Shown in pieces: positions 28,001 to 37,136 of a stretch of 64,000 nucleotides of DNA. This stretch comes from a virus. The DNA is taken from the IMG/VR virus record IMGVR_UViG_3300048999_000191. One strand, 5' to 3'. The translations under genes and the position numbers were made by a program. Within the stretch, counting starts at the first letter, position 1. Each line of letters starts with the position of its first letter. A model generated the notes under the pieces. That model saw only the letters and a list, made by a program, of their open reading frames with translations, ran no database searches and had not been told where the DNA came from.

Positions 28001-29464
28001 CGAGCACTCCATCATGTCGGTCCAGTGGCCCTCGGGCAGGGTGTCCTTCAGCGCGCGAGCCACCGACTGGATGACGCTCTTGGACTTCAGCCGCATGTGC
28101 GTGCCGACGGTGGCCACGTTGGACTCGCCCCAGCGCTTCGCGACGTAGCCGTACATCTCGGCCTTCTTCGAGCTGGGGAAGTCGATGTCGAAGTCCGGCA
28201 GCTCCGTGCGACCCTTGGTCATGAAGCGCTCGAAGAGGACGTCGTGCTCGACCGGGTCGATCTCCGTGATGCCGAGCAGGTAGGCCACCAGCGAACCGCC
28301 GCCGGATCCGCGCCCGGGGCCGACCAGGATGCCGGTCCCCTTCGCGTAGCCGACGAGGTCGGCCACCATGAGGAAGTAGCCCGCGAAGCCCTTCGCCGCG
28401 ATCATCGTGAATTCGTTCTCGAACCGTCGCATGTAGGCGGTCGAGCCGTGCTTCTTCCCACTGGTGCGCTCGTCCCAGCGGTCCATGCATTGGGTCAGCA
28501 GCCGCTCGATGTCGTGCTTCGCGGGGTCGGGGTGGTCCTGGGTCTTGCGCGAGTAGACCGGGGTGTGGCTCGACAGCTCGATCTTTGCCGAGCACCTGTC
28601 GGCGATCGTCTGGGTGTTGGTGAAGGCGCGCTCCAAGATCTCGACCAGATAATCTGGACACCCACCGTGCTCTTCGGCGTAGTCCCGGTTCGCACCGAGA
28701 TAGCCGCGCACCTCGATGCCGGGCATGACGTGGTAGTCCTCGTCGCCCTCGAACATCGAGGAGTCGGCCAACTCATCGAGCGTCTTGCCGATGGCCGACG
28801 CCAGCCAGACCTTGTGTGCAGCCTTCTCTTGCGGTGTCGAGTAGTGCGAGTCGCAGGTGATGACCGGTTCGATCTTGTACCGCCAGGCCTCCTCCAGCAG
28901 CCAGGCGTTGCCCCGGAGCTGGTCCTCCTGCATGCCGGTCTGGATCTCCGCATAGAGCCGGTCGCCGAAGATTTCCTTGAGTCGCAGGAGGTTCGAGACG
29001 GCCAACTCCTCGTCGCCCTTGATGAAGGGGTTCAGCACCGGGCCGCCGAGGCACGCCGTCGAACACATGACGCCCTTGTTCAGGCGCTGCAAGGTGTCCC
29101 AATCGAGGCGCGCGTACTTGCCCCACAGACCGTCCCGATAGGATTCGGTGCTCATGGCCCAGAGGTTCTTCAAGCCCTCGTCGTCCATGGCCCACAGGAT
29201 CAGGTGCCAGTAGTCGGTGACCTTGCCCTCGCGGGAGAACCGGTCATCGACGAAGTAGGCCTCCAGGCCGAAGATCGGCTTGACACCCTCGGCCTCGCAG
29301 ATGATCTGAGCGTCCGGGTGCGCGGCGCAGTTGCCGTGGTCGGTGAACGCGACGGCGGTCTGCCCGTCGGCCTTGACCGCCGCGACGATCTCCTTCGTGG
29401 TTGAGAGACCGTCGAGTGGAGAATACTCAGTGTGAGTATGTAGGTGCACAAAGTTGCCAGACAT
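25058..29464 (-). CDS. dnaE: DNA polymerase III alpha subunit with intein
   Basis: PHP domain HLHTHTEYSPLDG, TDHG; GPGRGSGGGSLVAY; PDFDIDF; KFDLL; YQEQ; OB fold. Confidence 0.95.
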   Translation of the reverse strand: MSGNFVHLHTHTEYSPLDGLSTTKEIVAAVKADGQTAVAFTDHGNCAAHPDAQIICEAEGVKPIFGLEAYFVDDRFSREGKVTDYWHLILWAMDDEGLKNLWAMSTESYRDGLWGKYARLDWDTLQRLNKGVMCSTACLGGPVLNPFIKGDEELAVSNLLRLKEIFGDRLYAEIQTGMQEDQLRGNAWLLEEAWRYKIEPVITCDSHYSTPQEKAAHKVWLASAIGKTLDELADSSMFEGDEDYHVMPGIEVRGYLGANRDYAEEHGGCPDYLVEILERAFTNTQTIADRCSAKIELSSHTPVYSRKTQDHPDPAKHDIERLLTQCMDRWDERTSGKKHGSTAYMRRFENEFTMIAAKGFAGYFLMVADLVGYAKGTGILVGPGRGSGGGSLVAYLLGITEIDPVEHDVLFERFMTKGRTELPDFDIDFPSSKKAEMYGYVAKRWGESNVATVGTHMRLKSKSVIQSVARALKDTLPEGHWTDMMECSKIIEAAEGDTAGLGLSWDELWDRAGDLLQPYADRYPDVFLYAKRFHGRLKAYGKHPAGVIIDPDHPLTENLPLRMGEDGTMIAQFDLKVLELLGYVKFDLLNIANLDMIQTAMDLIFEHTGKRINPYAWTEELEDPLLYDQIGKGHCLGLFQIGSAIGTAMSRRMKPGGLHELADMVTLVRPGPARSGLTDRYLARRKGEEEVYYPDERMREVLGKTWGCFAAETRVTTKQGVREIGDLVGSKHDLMTTGGVWTNAEVRSFGVQPLMKVSLRRNKQEKVIYATSNHRWFGRWSDSKSKVKELLTTELRSGMVLAAQLPRRVASRSTPSPFGITAGIVFGDGTRTENQASVRLYGEKDAQLLKYFPNSRTRSYAPHGGPNAVPYIEVIDLPRSWREAPRLDEGTSYLYGWLAGYFAADGQVTAKGVPLITSARREDLERFRTVAQLVGIGTYGITQKVTRSPLPGSTEPREAVVYDLGLVASTLAEDFFLIEEHRRRFSAARAIRQKADRVQWAVVSVEETDRVEEVFCAVVPETHAFVLEDNILTGNSMIYQEQLMKLCMVLAQYDDVEADKVRKILGKKKVEEAKKEGARFIERAMANGTDEAVTRELWAQMEEFARYSFGFAHALAYAILGVWTAWFKFHYPLYFMCGALSTAKDDDVRVSYVEETRRMGYKVLSPDINLSGRGFSIGDTGLDIRYGMDAIKGLGPIAVESIIAGQPYASWEDFLERRGSKVNKGHIATMVKLGVFDSLEPNRRVLEERLAFDSLPAAQRCAHRAEDDRKLVWLPSPKRGVPMAPETASWTLPCGFDWLSEPETTSERTGKLERRKAPPKTCSKGCRQWTEAAGLGDVTVAPYSAAEIRAIEQELLGTYLSSTPFDVIPAEDMEQFATADDIESGGLGNYMVAAVIQGVRKIQTKKGDAMAIVTLSTPRGSFTTAAFPSLWEQQGDQFVKGSLAYALVTKGDRGCRLDTFIPIQGVTA
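26360..27343 (-). mobile_element. Intein (328 aa) with LAGLIDADG endonuclease in DnaE
   Basis: TWG|CFAAET...ATSNHRW...AGIVFGDG...LAGYFAADG...LTGN|SMIYQEQ. Confidence 0.9.
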
Positions 29465-29495
29465 GCGGTCCCTGTGATTCCTCTGGTACGGGAGG

Positions 29496-29551
29496 GATAC
29501 GCACTCGACGGGGTCAAGCCCTGGGTATGACCCCGTCGAGGCGTGCGTATC
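29496..29551 (-). terminator. Long hairpin between ssb and dnaE
   Basis: GATACGCAC-TCGACGGGGTCA...TGACCCCGTCGA-GGC-GTGCGTATC. Confidence 0.55.
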
Positions 29552-29571
29552 TTAGCTGATCGATCGAGCGA

Positions 29572-30672
29572 TCAGGCGTCGGCGTTCTCTTCCGCGCCCG
29601 AGTAGTTGCCCATCATGCCCGCCTGCTGGAACAGCCGGTCACGCATCGCGGCGACGTCTTCGGCGTCCACGTCCTCTTCGGCGGGTGCCGCAGCCGGGGC
29701 CTGCGTGCCCACGCCGCTCTCGCGGTCGGCCTTGGCGTCGTCACGCTTCTCGTCGTTCTTCTTGCTCGCCGGGTGCTCGTGACCCGGCCGGGTGTCGAAG
29801 AAGGTGTCGAAACGCTGGTCGGAGGCCTGCTCGGAGATGATCTCCTCCAGGTTCACGAACCCGTCGTACTTGGCCTTGATCTCCGGGTCCTCCAGGGACC
29901 AGCGGACGACCTCGAACTCGCCGGTCTCGGCGCCGGTCTCGTCCAGGATCGGCTTCTTGTAGTCCATCGGGTCCATGGCCACGATGTCATACTCGGTCTC
30001 CAGGCCCTCACCGCGACGGGTGATCTTGAAGTCCCGGTCGAGCACCGTGTCCCAGGTGTCCCAGACAGCCTGGATGGCGCCGAAGAAGTTCGACGAGGAC
30101 TGGTTGATGACGATGATCTCCGGCACCTTCCTGGTCCCGGTGACCTTGCCCTCGGAGTCGGTCTGCTCCTCGTCGATGATCTTGTCCCGGAAGCCGATGA
30201 TCTTGCCGATCTTGCTGGCCGGGCAGAGACCCTTGTCGACGGCGGCCTGGGTCCCCCGGACCTCTTCGCGCACCAGCGCTCGCGCCCAGAGCTTCACGGA
30301 CGGGAAGTACTTGCCGCGCTTGTTCTTCTGGTTCTCCATGTGGTCGCAGATGAAGCACTCCCCGTCGTACTCGGGAAAGACCAGCTCCCCGTTCTCGGGG
30401 TTCTTCTGCTTGCGGCACACCGCGCCCATGGCGGTCGGCCACTTCTTCTTGTCCGCGTCCTTGACGTCCTTCTGCCAGTCCGGCGGCGCGCCCTTGGTGG
30501 GAACGAAGGAGTGCTGGTAGACGTACGGCCACTCGTCCGAGTCGTCGATCAGCCGGATGGTGATCGACTCCTTGTCCTTGAGGGACAGGTACTTGACCTT
30601 CTTGAAGCTGCCGAACTGCTTCTTACCGGCCTCTTCGCGGGCGGCTTCGCCACCCCTACCGAAATTGGGCAT
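29572..30672 (-). CDS. Single-stranded DNA-binding protein (gp32-like)
   Basis: IRLIDD...QH, Cys (AVC...CFIC), DFKITRRGEGLETEY, acidic tail; replisome context. Confidence 0.7.
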   Translation of the reverse strand: MPNFGRGGEAAREEAGKKQFGSFKKVKYLSLKDKESITIRLIDDSDEWPYVYQHSFVPTKGAPPDWQKDVKDADKKKWPTAMGAVCRKQKNPENGELVFPEYDGECFICDHMENQKNKRGKYFPSVKLWARALVREEVRGTQAAVDKGLCPASKIGKIIGFRDKIIDEEQTDSEGKVTGTRKVPEIIVINQSSSNFFGAIQAVWDTWDTVLDRDFKITRRGEGLETEYDIVAMDPMDYKKPILDETGAETGEFEVVRWSLEDPEIKAKYDGFVNLEEIISEQASDQRFDTFFDTRPGHEHPASKKNDEKRDDAKADRESGVGTQAPAAAPAEEDVDAEDVAAMRDRLFQQAGMMGNYSGAEENADA

Positions 30673-30730
30673 TCGTTTTCCTGTTCTCGTCTTTTTCGTT
30701 TCTTGGGTCTGGCGGTCGTGGGTCTTCGTG

Positions 30731-31549
30731 TTATTCAGTTAGGTCTGCGATCAGCGCGTCCGCCGCAGCTGTGGCCATCTCCCTGTCCGGCTCCATGTCC
30801 TCGCGCAGGTAGACGGTGCGGACACCATACGTGCGAGCTACGACAAAACGGGAGTCCGTGCGTCCGCGCCCGATGTAGCCGACGCAGATCTTGGTCGTCA
30901 CCTCCAGTGCGGCGAGCTGGCTGACCAGCAGTTCTTGCCAGTGACCGAGCCGAGTGACCTCGGTGCACCCGGTCCCCCAGCGGTAGTAGCCCCACCGCCA
31001 GAAGGTCTCGATCAGCAGATCTTCATCCTTGCACGGATCCTGCCCATCTGGGTACTGCTCGTTTGGGTAGTGTTCGCTGTCCGTGTTCGGCAGGTTGAAG
31101 CCCATCTGCTTCAGGATCTCACGCTGAGTGGCCCGCGTGTCATTGCTCGGCTTGACGGCGGCCGCCATTCTTTTGACCATGTCCATCAGCGCATCGATCT
31201 GGATCTGGTCCATGTGCTGATGGCCGAATTGCGCCATGTCGTATTTCCGGCGCTCCGCCTCGTTCAGCAGCAGCTTGAACACCCGGGTCAGGTAGACGCT
31301 CTTCTCGCCGTCGACTCGGTGGTAGGCCAGCCGGAGCGCCTTCTTCGTGATGCCGGTGAAGGGCCATTCGAAGCCCAGCGCCCGGTAGTAGCCGTTCACG
31401 TCCCAGATGACCTCGGGCGTGACGGCGAGGACCATGCAGCTGGACGCCTCCAGCGGCCCCGTGCCGCCGCGCTCGGGCAGGTCGCGACGGCGATCCGGCT
31501 CCTGATCGGGGACCAGGAAGCCGGAGACGTCCAGCTGCCGGAAGCTCAC
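30731..31549 (-). CDS. J-domain-like protein lacking HPD
   Basis: YYRALG...LRLAYHR...LLNEAERRKYD. Confidence 0.55.
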   Translation of the reverse strand: MSFRQLDVSGFLVPDQEPDRRRDLPERGGTGPLEASSCMVLAVTPEVIWDVNGYYRALGFEWPFTGITKKALRLAYHRVDGEKSVYLTRVFKLLLNEAERRKYDMAQFGHQHMDQIQIDALMDMVKRMAAAVKPSNDTRATQREILKQMGFNLPNTDSEHYPNEQYPDGQDPCKDEDLLIETFWRWGYYRWGTGCTEVTRLGHWQELLVSQLAALEVTTKICVGYIGRGRTDSRFVVARTYGVRTVYLREDMEPDREMATAAADALIADLTE

Positions 31550-31725
31550 TCACCCTCCGGGCTGGCTTCGTCGGCCTCAGCGGCTCCCTCCGTCGCCGGA
31601 ACGGCCTCGGCGGGCTCCTCGGCGGCCAGGTGCCTCATCGCGGTCCTGGAGAGGCCCTGGGGGTCGTTCCGGTCCACTTCGACGGTTCCGCGCTCAACGC
31701 CGAACTTGCGCAGCGGCATGATCAT
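31546..31725 (-). CDS. Small hypothetical protein
   Basis: ATGA overlap with the primase stop. Confidence 0.45.
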   Translation of the reverse strand: MIMPLRKFGVERGTVEVDRNDPQGLSRTAMRHLAAEEPAEAVPATEGAAEADEASPEGE

Positions 31726-32873
31726 CCTTTCCACTTCATCAGGCTCTCGTATCCCGGCCACTTCCAGAGCGACCAGGGCATCGCGTTGGCAACCCGCTCA
31801 GCCACCACATCGTCGGGAAGATCAGCAGGGTCAGTGTCACGGTACTTCCAGTCCACCACCCGTAGGGGTACGTACCGGCGAAGCTCCGCGATCGCGCGCT
31901 GGGTGCCCTTCCATCCGGCGGCGTCCGGGTCGAACCACAGGGTGATGGACTTCGCCTTGTGCAGGATCCGCAGCTGGGGGTCGGTGAGCTGCTTGCCGAA
32001 GCTGGCCACCATCGGCTGGTGGTGGCAGTGCCGCAGCACGCTCATCGGGCTCTCCACGAGCACGATGTCCTTGCCGGGCTCCCAGCCGTAGAGCACCCGG
32101 TCGCGGGGGAACTTCACGCTGTTCTTGTACTTCGGCTCGTCCTCGCCCCGGATGGCGCGCGCCTGCCAGCCGAGCAGCTTGCCGTCCCAGAACAGCGGAA
32201 TGACGATCCGCTCCTGCGGCGGCAGCGGGATCATCTCGCCGTCGTCGTCCAGGACCAGCTCGCCGTCCTCATCGCGCTGCCAGCCCATCGGGTACTTCTC
32301 GGCGTAACCGATGCGGAACCGCTGACAGTTCTCCTCGGGGATCCCCCGGCACTTGATCTTGCCGAAGCTACCCTCGTGGGTCATGTACGGGTGGGTGACC
32401 GGGAAGGTCCACGGCGCCAGCGCGCTCTCGGGGTAGACGTTCATCGGCTCGGGCCGGTTCTCCTGCTTGGCGAAGATCGCCTCCAGGATCTCGACCACCC
32501 GCTTGCCGTCCATCGACCGGCCGCCGACGCCGGTCTGGTCACCCAGCCAGCGGAAGGCCTCGTCGGTCTCCACGCCCCGGGTGACCGCGATGAACCAGAG
32601 CAGGCCGCCCTGGGCTCCGCAGCCGAGGCAGTTGAAGGCCAGCCGCTGGTAGTTCAGGCTCGCCGACGGGTTGCGGTCGCCGTTGCGATGCGCGTTGGGG
32701 ATCGGGCAGGAGTGAATGATCTCGTGCTTCGAGTTCGGCGGCCGGACGTTGCTCGCGCCGATCTCGTTGAGCAGGTCCTGGCACAGCTGGAGCTTGATCA
32801 CGTCGGGCAGCAGCGAGGCCTCGAAGAAGGGCGTCGTGGGGGCCTTGCCGAAGCCCCGGCCGTAGTTAGGCAC
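31722..32873 (-). CDS. dnaG: DNA primase (zinc finger + TOPRIM)
   Basis: CPIPNAH...D..PS...CLGC; PKYKNS; LVES; FDPDAAG; DPAD. Confidence 0.85.
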   Translation of the reverse strand: MPNYGRGFGKAPTTPFFEASLLPDVIKLQLCQDLLNEIGASNVRPPNSKHEIIHSCPIPNAHRNGDRNPSASLNYQRLAFNCLGCGAQGGLLWFIAVTRGVETDEAFRWLGDQTGVGGRSMDGKRVVEILEAIFAKQENRPEPMNVYPESALAPWTFPVTHPYMTHEGSFGKIKCRGIPEENCQRFRIGYAEKYPMGWQRDEDGELVLDDDGEMIPLPPQERIVIPLFWDGKLLGWQARAIRGEDEPKYKNSVKFPRDRVLYGWEPGKDIVLVESPMSVLRHCHHQPMVASFGKQLTDPQLRILHKAKSITLWFDPDAAGWKGTQRAIAELRRYVPLRVVDWKYRDTDPADLPDDVVAERVANAMPWSLWKWPGYESLMKWKG

Positions 32874-34185
32874 TGAGAGCCACCTCCCGCATCACCCGGA
32901 TGTCGCCGACGCCGAGGCGCCAGACCATCTCCCAGGCCTCGGGCCGCTCTTCGACACGGCGCCCCTTGAGCTTCTGGAGCAGCGCGCCGTCCTCGTTGGT
33001 CTCGGTCGGCTGGCGCAGCAGGCTGAAGACGAAGTCCGGCGTCCGCTCCATCTCGGAGGACTCGGCCAGGTGCTCCATGTCGTAGCGGCCGAGCCGCGCG
33101 GCCGCGTCCTTGCCCTCGCGGTTGATCTGTGCGAGCACGAGGGCGGCGATCTTCTCCTTGCCCTCGGAGATCAGGACATACAACTCCTTCATGATCTCCA
33201 TGACGATCTCGTTGCGCTTGTGCGTGCGGGTGCCGATCACCGCTTCGATGTGGGACAGCTGGTCGATGATCACCGATTCGCCGCCGAGGGCGAACACCCG
33301 GCGGACGAGCGAGACCGGATCGCGGTCGCCGCGCTCGGGCATGATGATGATCGGCGCGTGCTCGGTCTGCTGGATCCGGTCCTTGGCCACGTGGAAGCGC
33401 TCCAGCGGCGCGCCTTCCACGGTGCCCTTCTGCCAGCGGGCGTAATCGAGCCCGGCCATCATGCAGGCCATCCGATCGATGATCATCTCAACGCTGTTCT
33501 CCAGCGTGTAGAGCACCGATCGGCGGCCGCGCCGCCACTCGGCCAGTGCCGTCTTGATCGCCATCCAGGTTTTGCCGGACCCGGCATAGCCCGCGAAGAC
33601 GGCCATCTCGCCGTCCCGGACGCCCATGGTGTGTGCGTCGATCTCCGGTAAGCCGAAGGTCAGCCCCTGGATGTGCATCCGCGCGATGGCACGTTCCTGG
33701 TACCGAGCCCAGGCCTGATCCAGGCCGATGTCCAGCGGCATCTCGTCGTAGTGGCTGATCAGCTTGTTCGTCAGGGCGTGGAACCGCCCCGAGTACTCCT
33801 TCACCACCGAGGTCTTGTCCGGCGGTGCGGCGTTGGTCAGCTCGTTGGCCAGCTGGATCGTCAGCTCGTTCACCTGGTCCTCGGCGAACTGGGTGCGCAG
33901 CTGGGTGACGGCCCACTCGATCGAGTCCGTCTCGTACTGGTCCTCGATGACGAGGTCGATCTTCTCCATCCGGTCGCCCCAGGTCTCCAGGATCCCTTCC
34001 CTGGTGGGGGCGACGCTCCGGCCGGAGCGGAAGTAGACGTCGAGGACCCAGCCCACGATCTCGGGAGCCAGGTCGCCGGGGATGCACTCGCGGATCGTGG
34101 AGCTGGAGAAGCCCTCGCGCACGAGGTAGTCAAGGCTGTCTGCGTTGGTGAGGTGGCTGAAGAGAACCTCTTCGGCGTGATTCAA
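32866..34185 (-). CDS. dnaB: DnaB-like replicative helicase
   Basis: GYAGSGKT, TLE, IIDQL, LAQINR; TTG start. Confidence 0.9.
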   Translation of the reverse strand: MNHAEEVLFSHLTNADSLDYLVREGFSSSTIRECIPGDLAPEIVGWVLDVYFRSGRSVAPTREGILETWGDRMEKIDLVIEDQYETDSIEWAVTQLRTQFAEDQVNELTIQLANELTNAAPPDKTSVVKEYSGRFHALTNKLISHYDEMPLDIGLDQAWARYQERAIARMHIQGLTFGLPEIDAHTMGVRDGEMAVFAGYAGSGKTWMAIKTALAEWRRGRRSVLYTLENSVEMIIDRMACMMAGLDYARWQKGTVEGAPLERFHVAKDRIQQTEHAPIIIMPERGDRDPVSLVRRVFALGGESVIIDQLSHIEAVIGTRTHKRNEIVMEIMKELYVLISEGKEKIAALVLAQINREGKDAAARLGRYDMEHLAESSEMERTPDFVFSLLRQPTETNEDGALLQKLKGRRVEERPEAWEMVWRLGVGDIRVMREVALSA

Positions 34186-34233
34186 TTTCGGCTCCGGTGC
34201 GCCAGGAAGTGGATCAGGTCAGGAGACCATACA

Positions 34234-34256
34234 GCCCCCGTCAGGTGGACGGGGGC
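34234..34256 (-). terminator. Hairpin
   Basis: GCCCCCGTC / GACGGGGGC. Confidence 0.5.
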
Positions 34257-34272
34257 CATACGGCCGTGATCT

Positions 34273-34698
34273 TCAGAGCAGCGCGGCGATCTTCGCGGCG
34301 AAGACGCGGTCCGATGCCCGGTCGAAGCGGGCGACGCTCATCGGCGCGCCGAGCCACTCGCCACCGGCCTCCTGGAAGGCGTACCGGGCGATGGCCATGG
34401 CCTGATCGCCCCAGCGGTCCTGGAAGCCCATGAAGATCGTGTTCTCCCGGCGGGGCTCGCGCGGGAACGGCGCAATCTCCTCCAGCTGGCTGATCACGTA
34501 GTTCCGGACCGCCTCCCACTCCGAGTGGGGCGCGAAGTCGTTCCGGTTCGTCGGGATGCGGGACGGGGTGGCGGGGGCAGGAGCGGGCTCCGAGATGGGG
34601 GTCACGGTGACCCGCTCCTGCACCGCCGGAACCTCGTCCCGATGGGCCTGGACAGCCGTTCCGGTGTCCTCGTCCAGGTCCTCGGTGAAGTTCAGCAC
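34273..34698 (-). CDS. Hypothetical protein
   Basis: GTG start with GAGAGG RBS. Confidence 0.6.
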   Translation of the reverse strand: MLNFTEDLDEDTGTAVQAHRDEVPAVQERVTVTPISEPAPAPATPSRIPTNRNDFAPHSEWEAVRNYVISQLEEIAPFPREPRRENTIFMGFQDRWGDQAMAIARYAFQEAGGEWLGAPMSVARFDRASDRVFAAKIAALL

Positions 34699-34750
34699 GG
34701 GTTCTTCCTCTCGCGGTAAATTCTGACATCTGCCCAGGTCAGAGCAGTTT

Positions 34751-35110
34751 TTACGAACGCCTCTCAAGGACGTTCCGGTCGACCCATGTCCGAAATGGGA
34801 TCACGATCGCGTCCATGCTCTTGCGCAGGGGTTCTTGATCGTAAGTCGCTTCGGAGTGGATCTCCAGCACCCGGGTTCCGGGACGGTTTACCAGCAGCTT
34901 CCGTACCGTGTCTTCACCCGGCTGGAGGATGAACCAGCACTCGGCATCCGCTCCGGCCAGATAGCCGGTCACGTACTCGATCTGCTCGTTGATAACGATC
35001 GTCGCGGTGACCTTCTGGCCGAACTTCACGCTGCGGGCGGCCTGCATGAGCGTCACGGTCGCACGCTCAGCTAGGACCTCCCTCGGCATGTTCGTCGGCG
35101 TGCTTCGCAC
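34751..35110 (-). CDS. Hypothetical protein
   Basis: GTG start after AGGAGG. Confidence 0.6.
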   Translation of the reverse strand: MRSTPTNMPREVLAERATVTLMQAARSVKFGQKVTATIVINEQIEYVTGYLAGADAECWFILQPGEDTVRKLLVNRPGTRVLEIHSEATYDQEPLRKSMDAIVIPFRTWVDRNVLERRS

Positions 35111-35173
35111 GTGGTCCTCCTGATGTCCTCCCTGGGGCACACATTGGGGTGCGGCCCCGAGGAAATGGGCAGG

Positions 35174-36121
35174 TTAGGGAGTCGTCCTCCCTTCCGCCGC
35201 GCGCGGCCGGAACGGACGGCCGACCGCGCTGGCCTGGGTCCAGAGAGCGTTGCGCCGGAAACTGGCCTGAATTCCGGCCAGCTCGTACCGGGTCAGGAAG
35301 GCGTCGAGCACGGCGCCGTCGGGGCTGTCGCACGGCGCGGGCCGGAACCGCCGAATGTGGTTTCCGTAATCCGGGATCGGGTCGGCGGTCAGGTCCATCA
35401 GCCGGACGTTGCGCCGCACCAGCTCGACGTGCTCGGGGTACTTCTCCTGGATCGCCTTGGCGATATTCCAGTCGAAGTCGTTCAGGAGCTTCAGCGCCCG
35501 CTTCGGCCCGACGCCCTTGATCCCCTCGATGTTGTCCGACGTGTCGCCGGTGAGCGCTCCCACCAGGGCCCATAGATGCGGCTCGAAGCCGTTCTTCTCC
35601 ACGAAGCGCTCGTGGGTCCACTTCTCGTAGATCCCGCCGCCGACCGGCTTGCGCGCGGTCGTGTTGATGGCCCAGGGGCTCGGACCGAGCAGCTGGTAGA
35701 GGTCCTTGTCGCCGGAGAGGATGATGATCTCTTCGGCCTGATGGATCTTCCACCACCAGGTGGCCACCAGGTCGTCGGCCTCGAACTCGGCCAGCCGCTG
35801 CTGAAAGATCCCGGCGGCGTCCAGGAACTCCCGCATCAGCGGGAACGCGGCGGTGTAGTCCTTCCCGGGCTCAGGTACGGCCGTCTTGCGGTTCGCCTTG
35901 TAGGTGGGCAGCAGGCGGTGCCGGAACTCGCTCTTGCCGTCCCAGGCCACCGCGACGTGGGTCGGGTGCTCCTCGCCGATGACCTTGGCCAGCGAGTTAA
36001 TGAAGAACATCAGCGCGGCGGTCGGGACGCCGTCGTCGGTCGAGAGGGTGTTCGTCGCCCAGGAGGCGTGGGCGGCCCTGGCCGCGATGTTGTTGCCGTC
36101 GACCAGCAGGTACTTGGTCAC
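35174..36121 (-). CDS. 5'-3' exonuclease / flap endonuclease (PolA N-terminal-like)
   Basis: LLVDGNN, YKANR, FEADD, SGDKDLYQL, GDTSDNIEGIKGVGPK. Confidence 0.92.
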   Translation of the reverse strand: MTKYLLVDGNNIAARAAHASWATNTLSTDDGVPTAALMFFINSLAKVIGEEHPTHVAVAWDGKSEFRHRLLPTYKANRKTAVPEPGKDYTAAFPLMREFLDAAGIFQQRLAEFEADDLVATWWWKIHQAEEIIILSGDKDLYQLLGPSPWAINTTARKPVGGGIYEKWTHERFVEKNGFEPHLWALVGALTGDTSDNIEGIKGVGPKRALKLLNDFDWNIAKAIQEKYPEHVELVRRNVRLMDLTADPIPDYGNHIRRFRPAPCDSPDGAVLDAFLTRYELAGIQASFRRNALWTQASAVGRPFRPRAAEGRTTP

Positions 36122-36525
36122 GAGGTCTCACCTTCGAGTCGAGCCATTCCGGCGAGCACCTTCATGGCAATGTGGTTGGACAGGCCGCGCCAGATCTGCG
36201 CGGCCGCGTCCCGGCGCTGAGGGCCGGTGCTGGGCAGTACCTCGGTGGCGCTGAGCTGCTCCAGGATCAGCTCGACCGCCCGGCTCATCTCCTCGTCCAC
36301 CACGTCGCGCGGGTTCGGCCGGGGGCCGTGCTGGTTACCGGAGATGTGCTCGCAGGCTTCGCACAGCATCATCCCGTCGCCGTGCAGGCACTCGTGGGTG
36401 GCCTCGCGCTTACGGCAGCCGTTGCACGTCAGGCTCTCGTGGTGCTCACAGCGCAGCCCCGTGCGTTCGGTGACGCACATCGAGCCATCGGCCAGGCCGA
36501 AGCCGCAGATCGGTGCCTCGGTCAC
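36118..36525 (-). CDS. Cys/His-rich zinc-finger protein
   Basis: Multiple CxxC and CxH motifs. Confidence 0.55.
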   Translation of the reverse strand: MTEAPICGFGLADGSMCVTERTGLRCEHHESLTCNGCRKREATHECLHGDGMMLCEACEHISGNQHGPRPNPRDVVDEEMSRAVELILEQLSATEVLPSTGPQRRDAAAQIWRGLSNHIAMKVLAGMARLEGETS

Positions 36526-37076
36526 GAGACCTCCCAGTGCAGCATCTCGCCGCGCCGGATCGCCTGCGTAGCCTCCTCGATCGCCTGCTCGTACTGCGGG
36601 TTCTGGAAAGCGGCCGGTTCCCGGCCCGCATCCAGCTCCTCCAGCCGCTGGAGGACCAGCAGGACCATCTGTCGCCGGGAGGCCAGCTGGCCGTTCCAGT
36701 GCTCCAGCAGGAAGCCGGTGTCGCCCAGCGTGTAGCCGTGCTGGAGCGCCGAGGCCTTGACGTGCCGGATGATCATCGCGAACTCCGGCGGCTTCAGCGC
36801 GCGCTCACGCAGCAGCAGGTGCGCGAGGTCCTCGATCTGGGACAGGTTGAATCGGCGGTGCCCGGCATCGGTGCGGTCCGGTTCCCAGTCCTCTCGGTAT
36901 CCGAAGAGCCGCTTGCGCAGCCAGTTCGTCGACTTGCCGAAGAAGACCTCGGCAACCTCCTTGGTGGCGTACGTGGGGCCCTTGGCGGCCATCTCGGGGG
37001 TCACCCAGCGATCGCGGTCGGGTGGTTCTAGTACCCCCTCGCCACTGATCACGAAGGGTTCGGTCGTTTCGAGCAT
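36522..37076 (-). CDS. MerR-like HTH regulator
   Basis: YATKEVAEVFFGKSTNWLRK...RTDAGHRRF. Confidence 0.7.
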   Translation of the reverse strand: MLETTEPFVISGEGVLEPPDRDRWVTPEMAAKGPTYATKEVAEVFFGKSTNWLRKRLFGYREDWEPDRTDAGHRRFNLSQIEDLAHLLLRERALKPPEFAMIIRHVKASALQHGYTLGDTGFLLEHWNGQLASRRQMVLLVLQRLEELDAGREPAAFQNPQYEQAIEEATQAIRRGEMLHWEVS

Positions 37077-37095
37077 GAGCGCCTCCAGGGCGGAA

Positions 37096-37132
37096 GAGGA
37101 GACCCGGCGTCGCGGGGGCGCCGGGTCTCCTC
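37096..37132 (-). terminator. Terminator hairpin
   Basis: GAGGAGACCCGGCG / CGCCGGGTCTCCTC. Confidence 0.65.
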
Positions 37133-37136
37133 GGGA

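Noticed and set aside
30901-30912. Exact CCGCACTGGAGG copy inside the J-like gene
   Set aside because: Encodes AALE within a CDS, with no properly spaced start codon; probably chance
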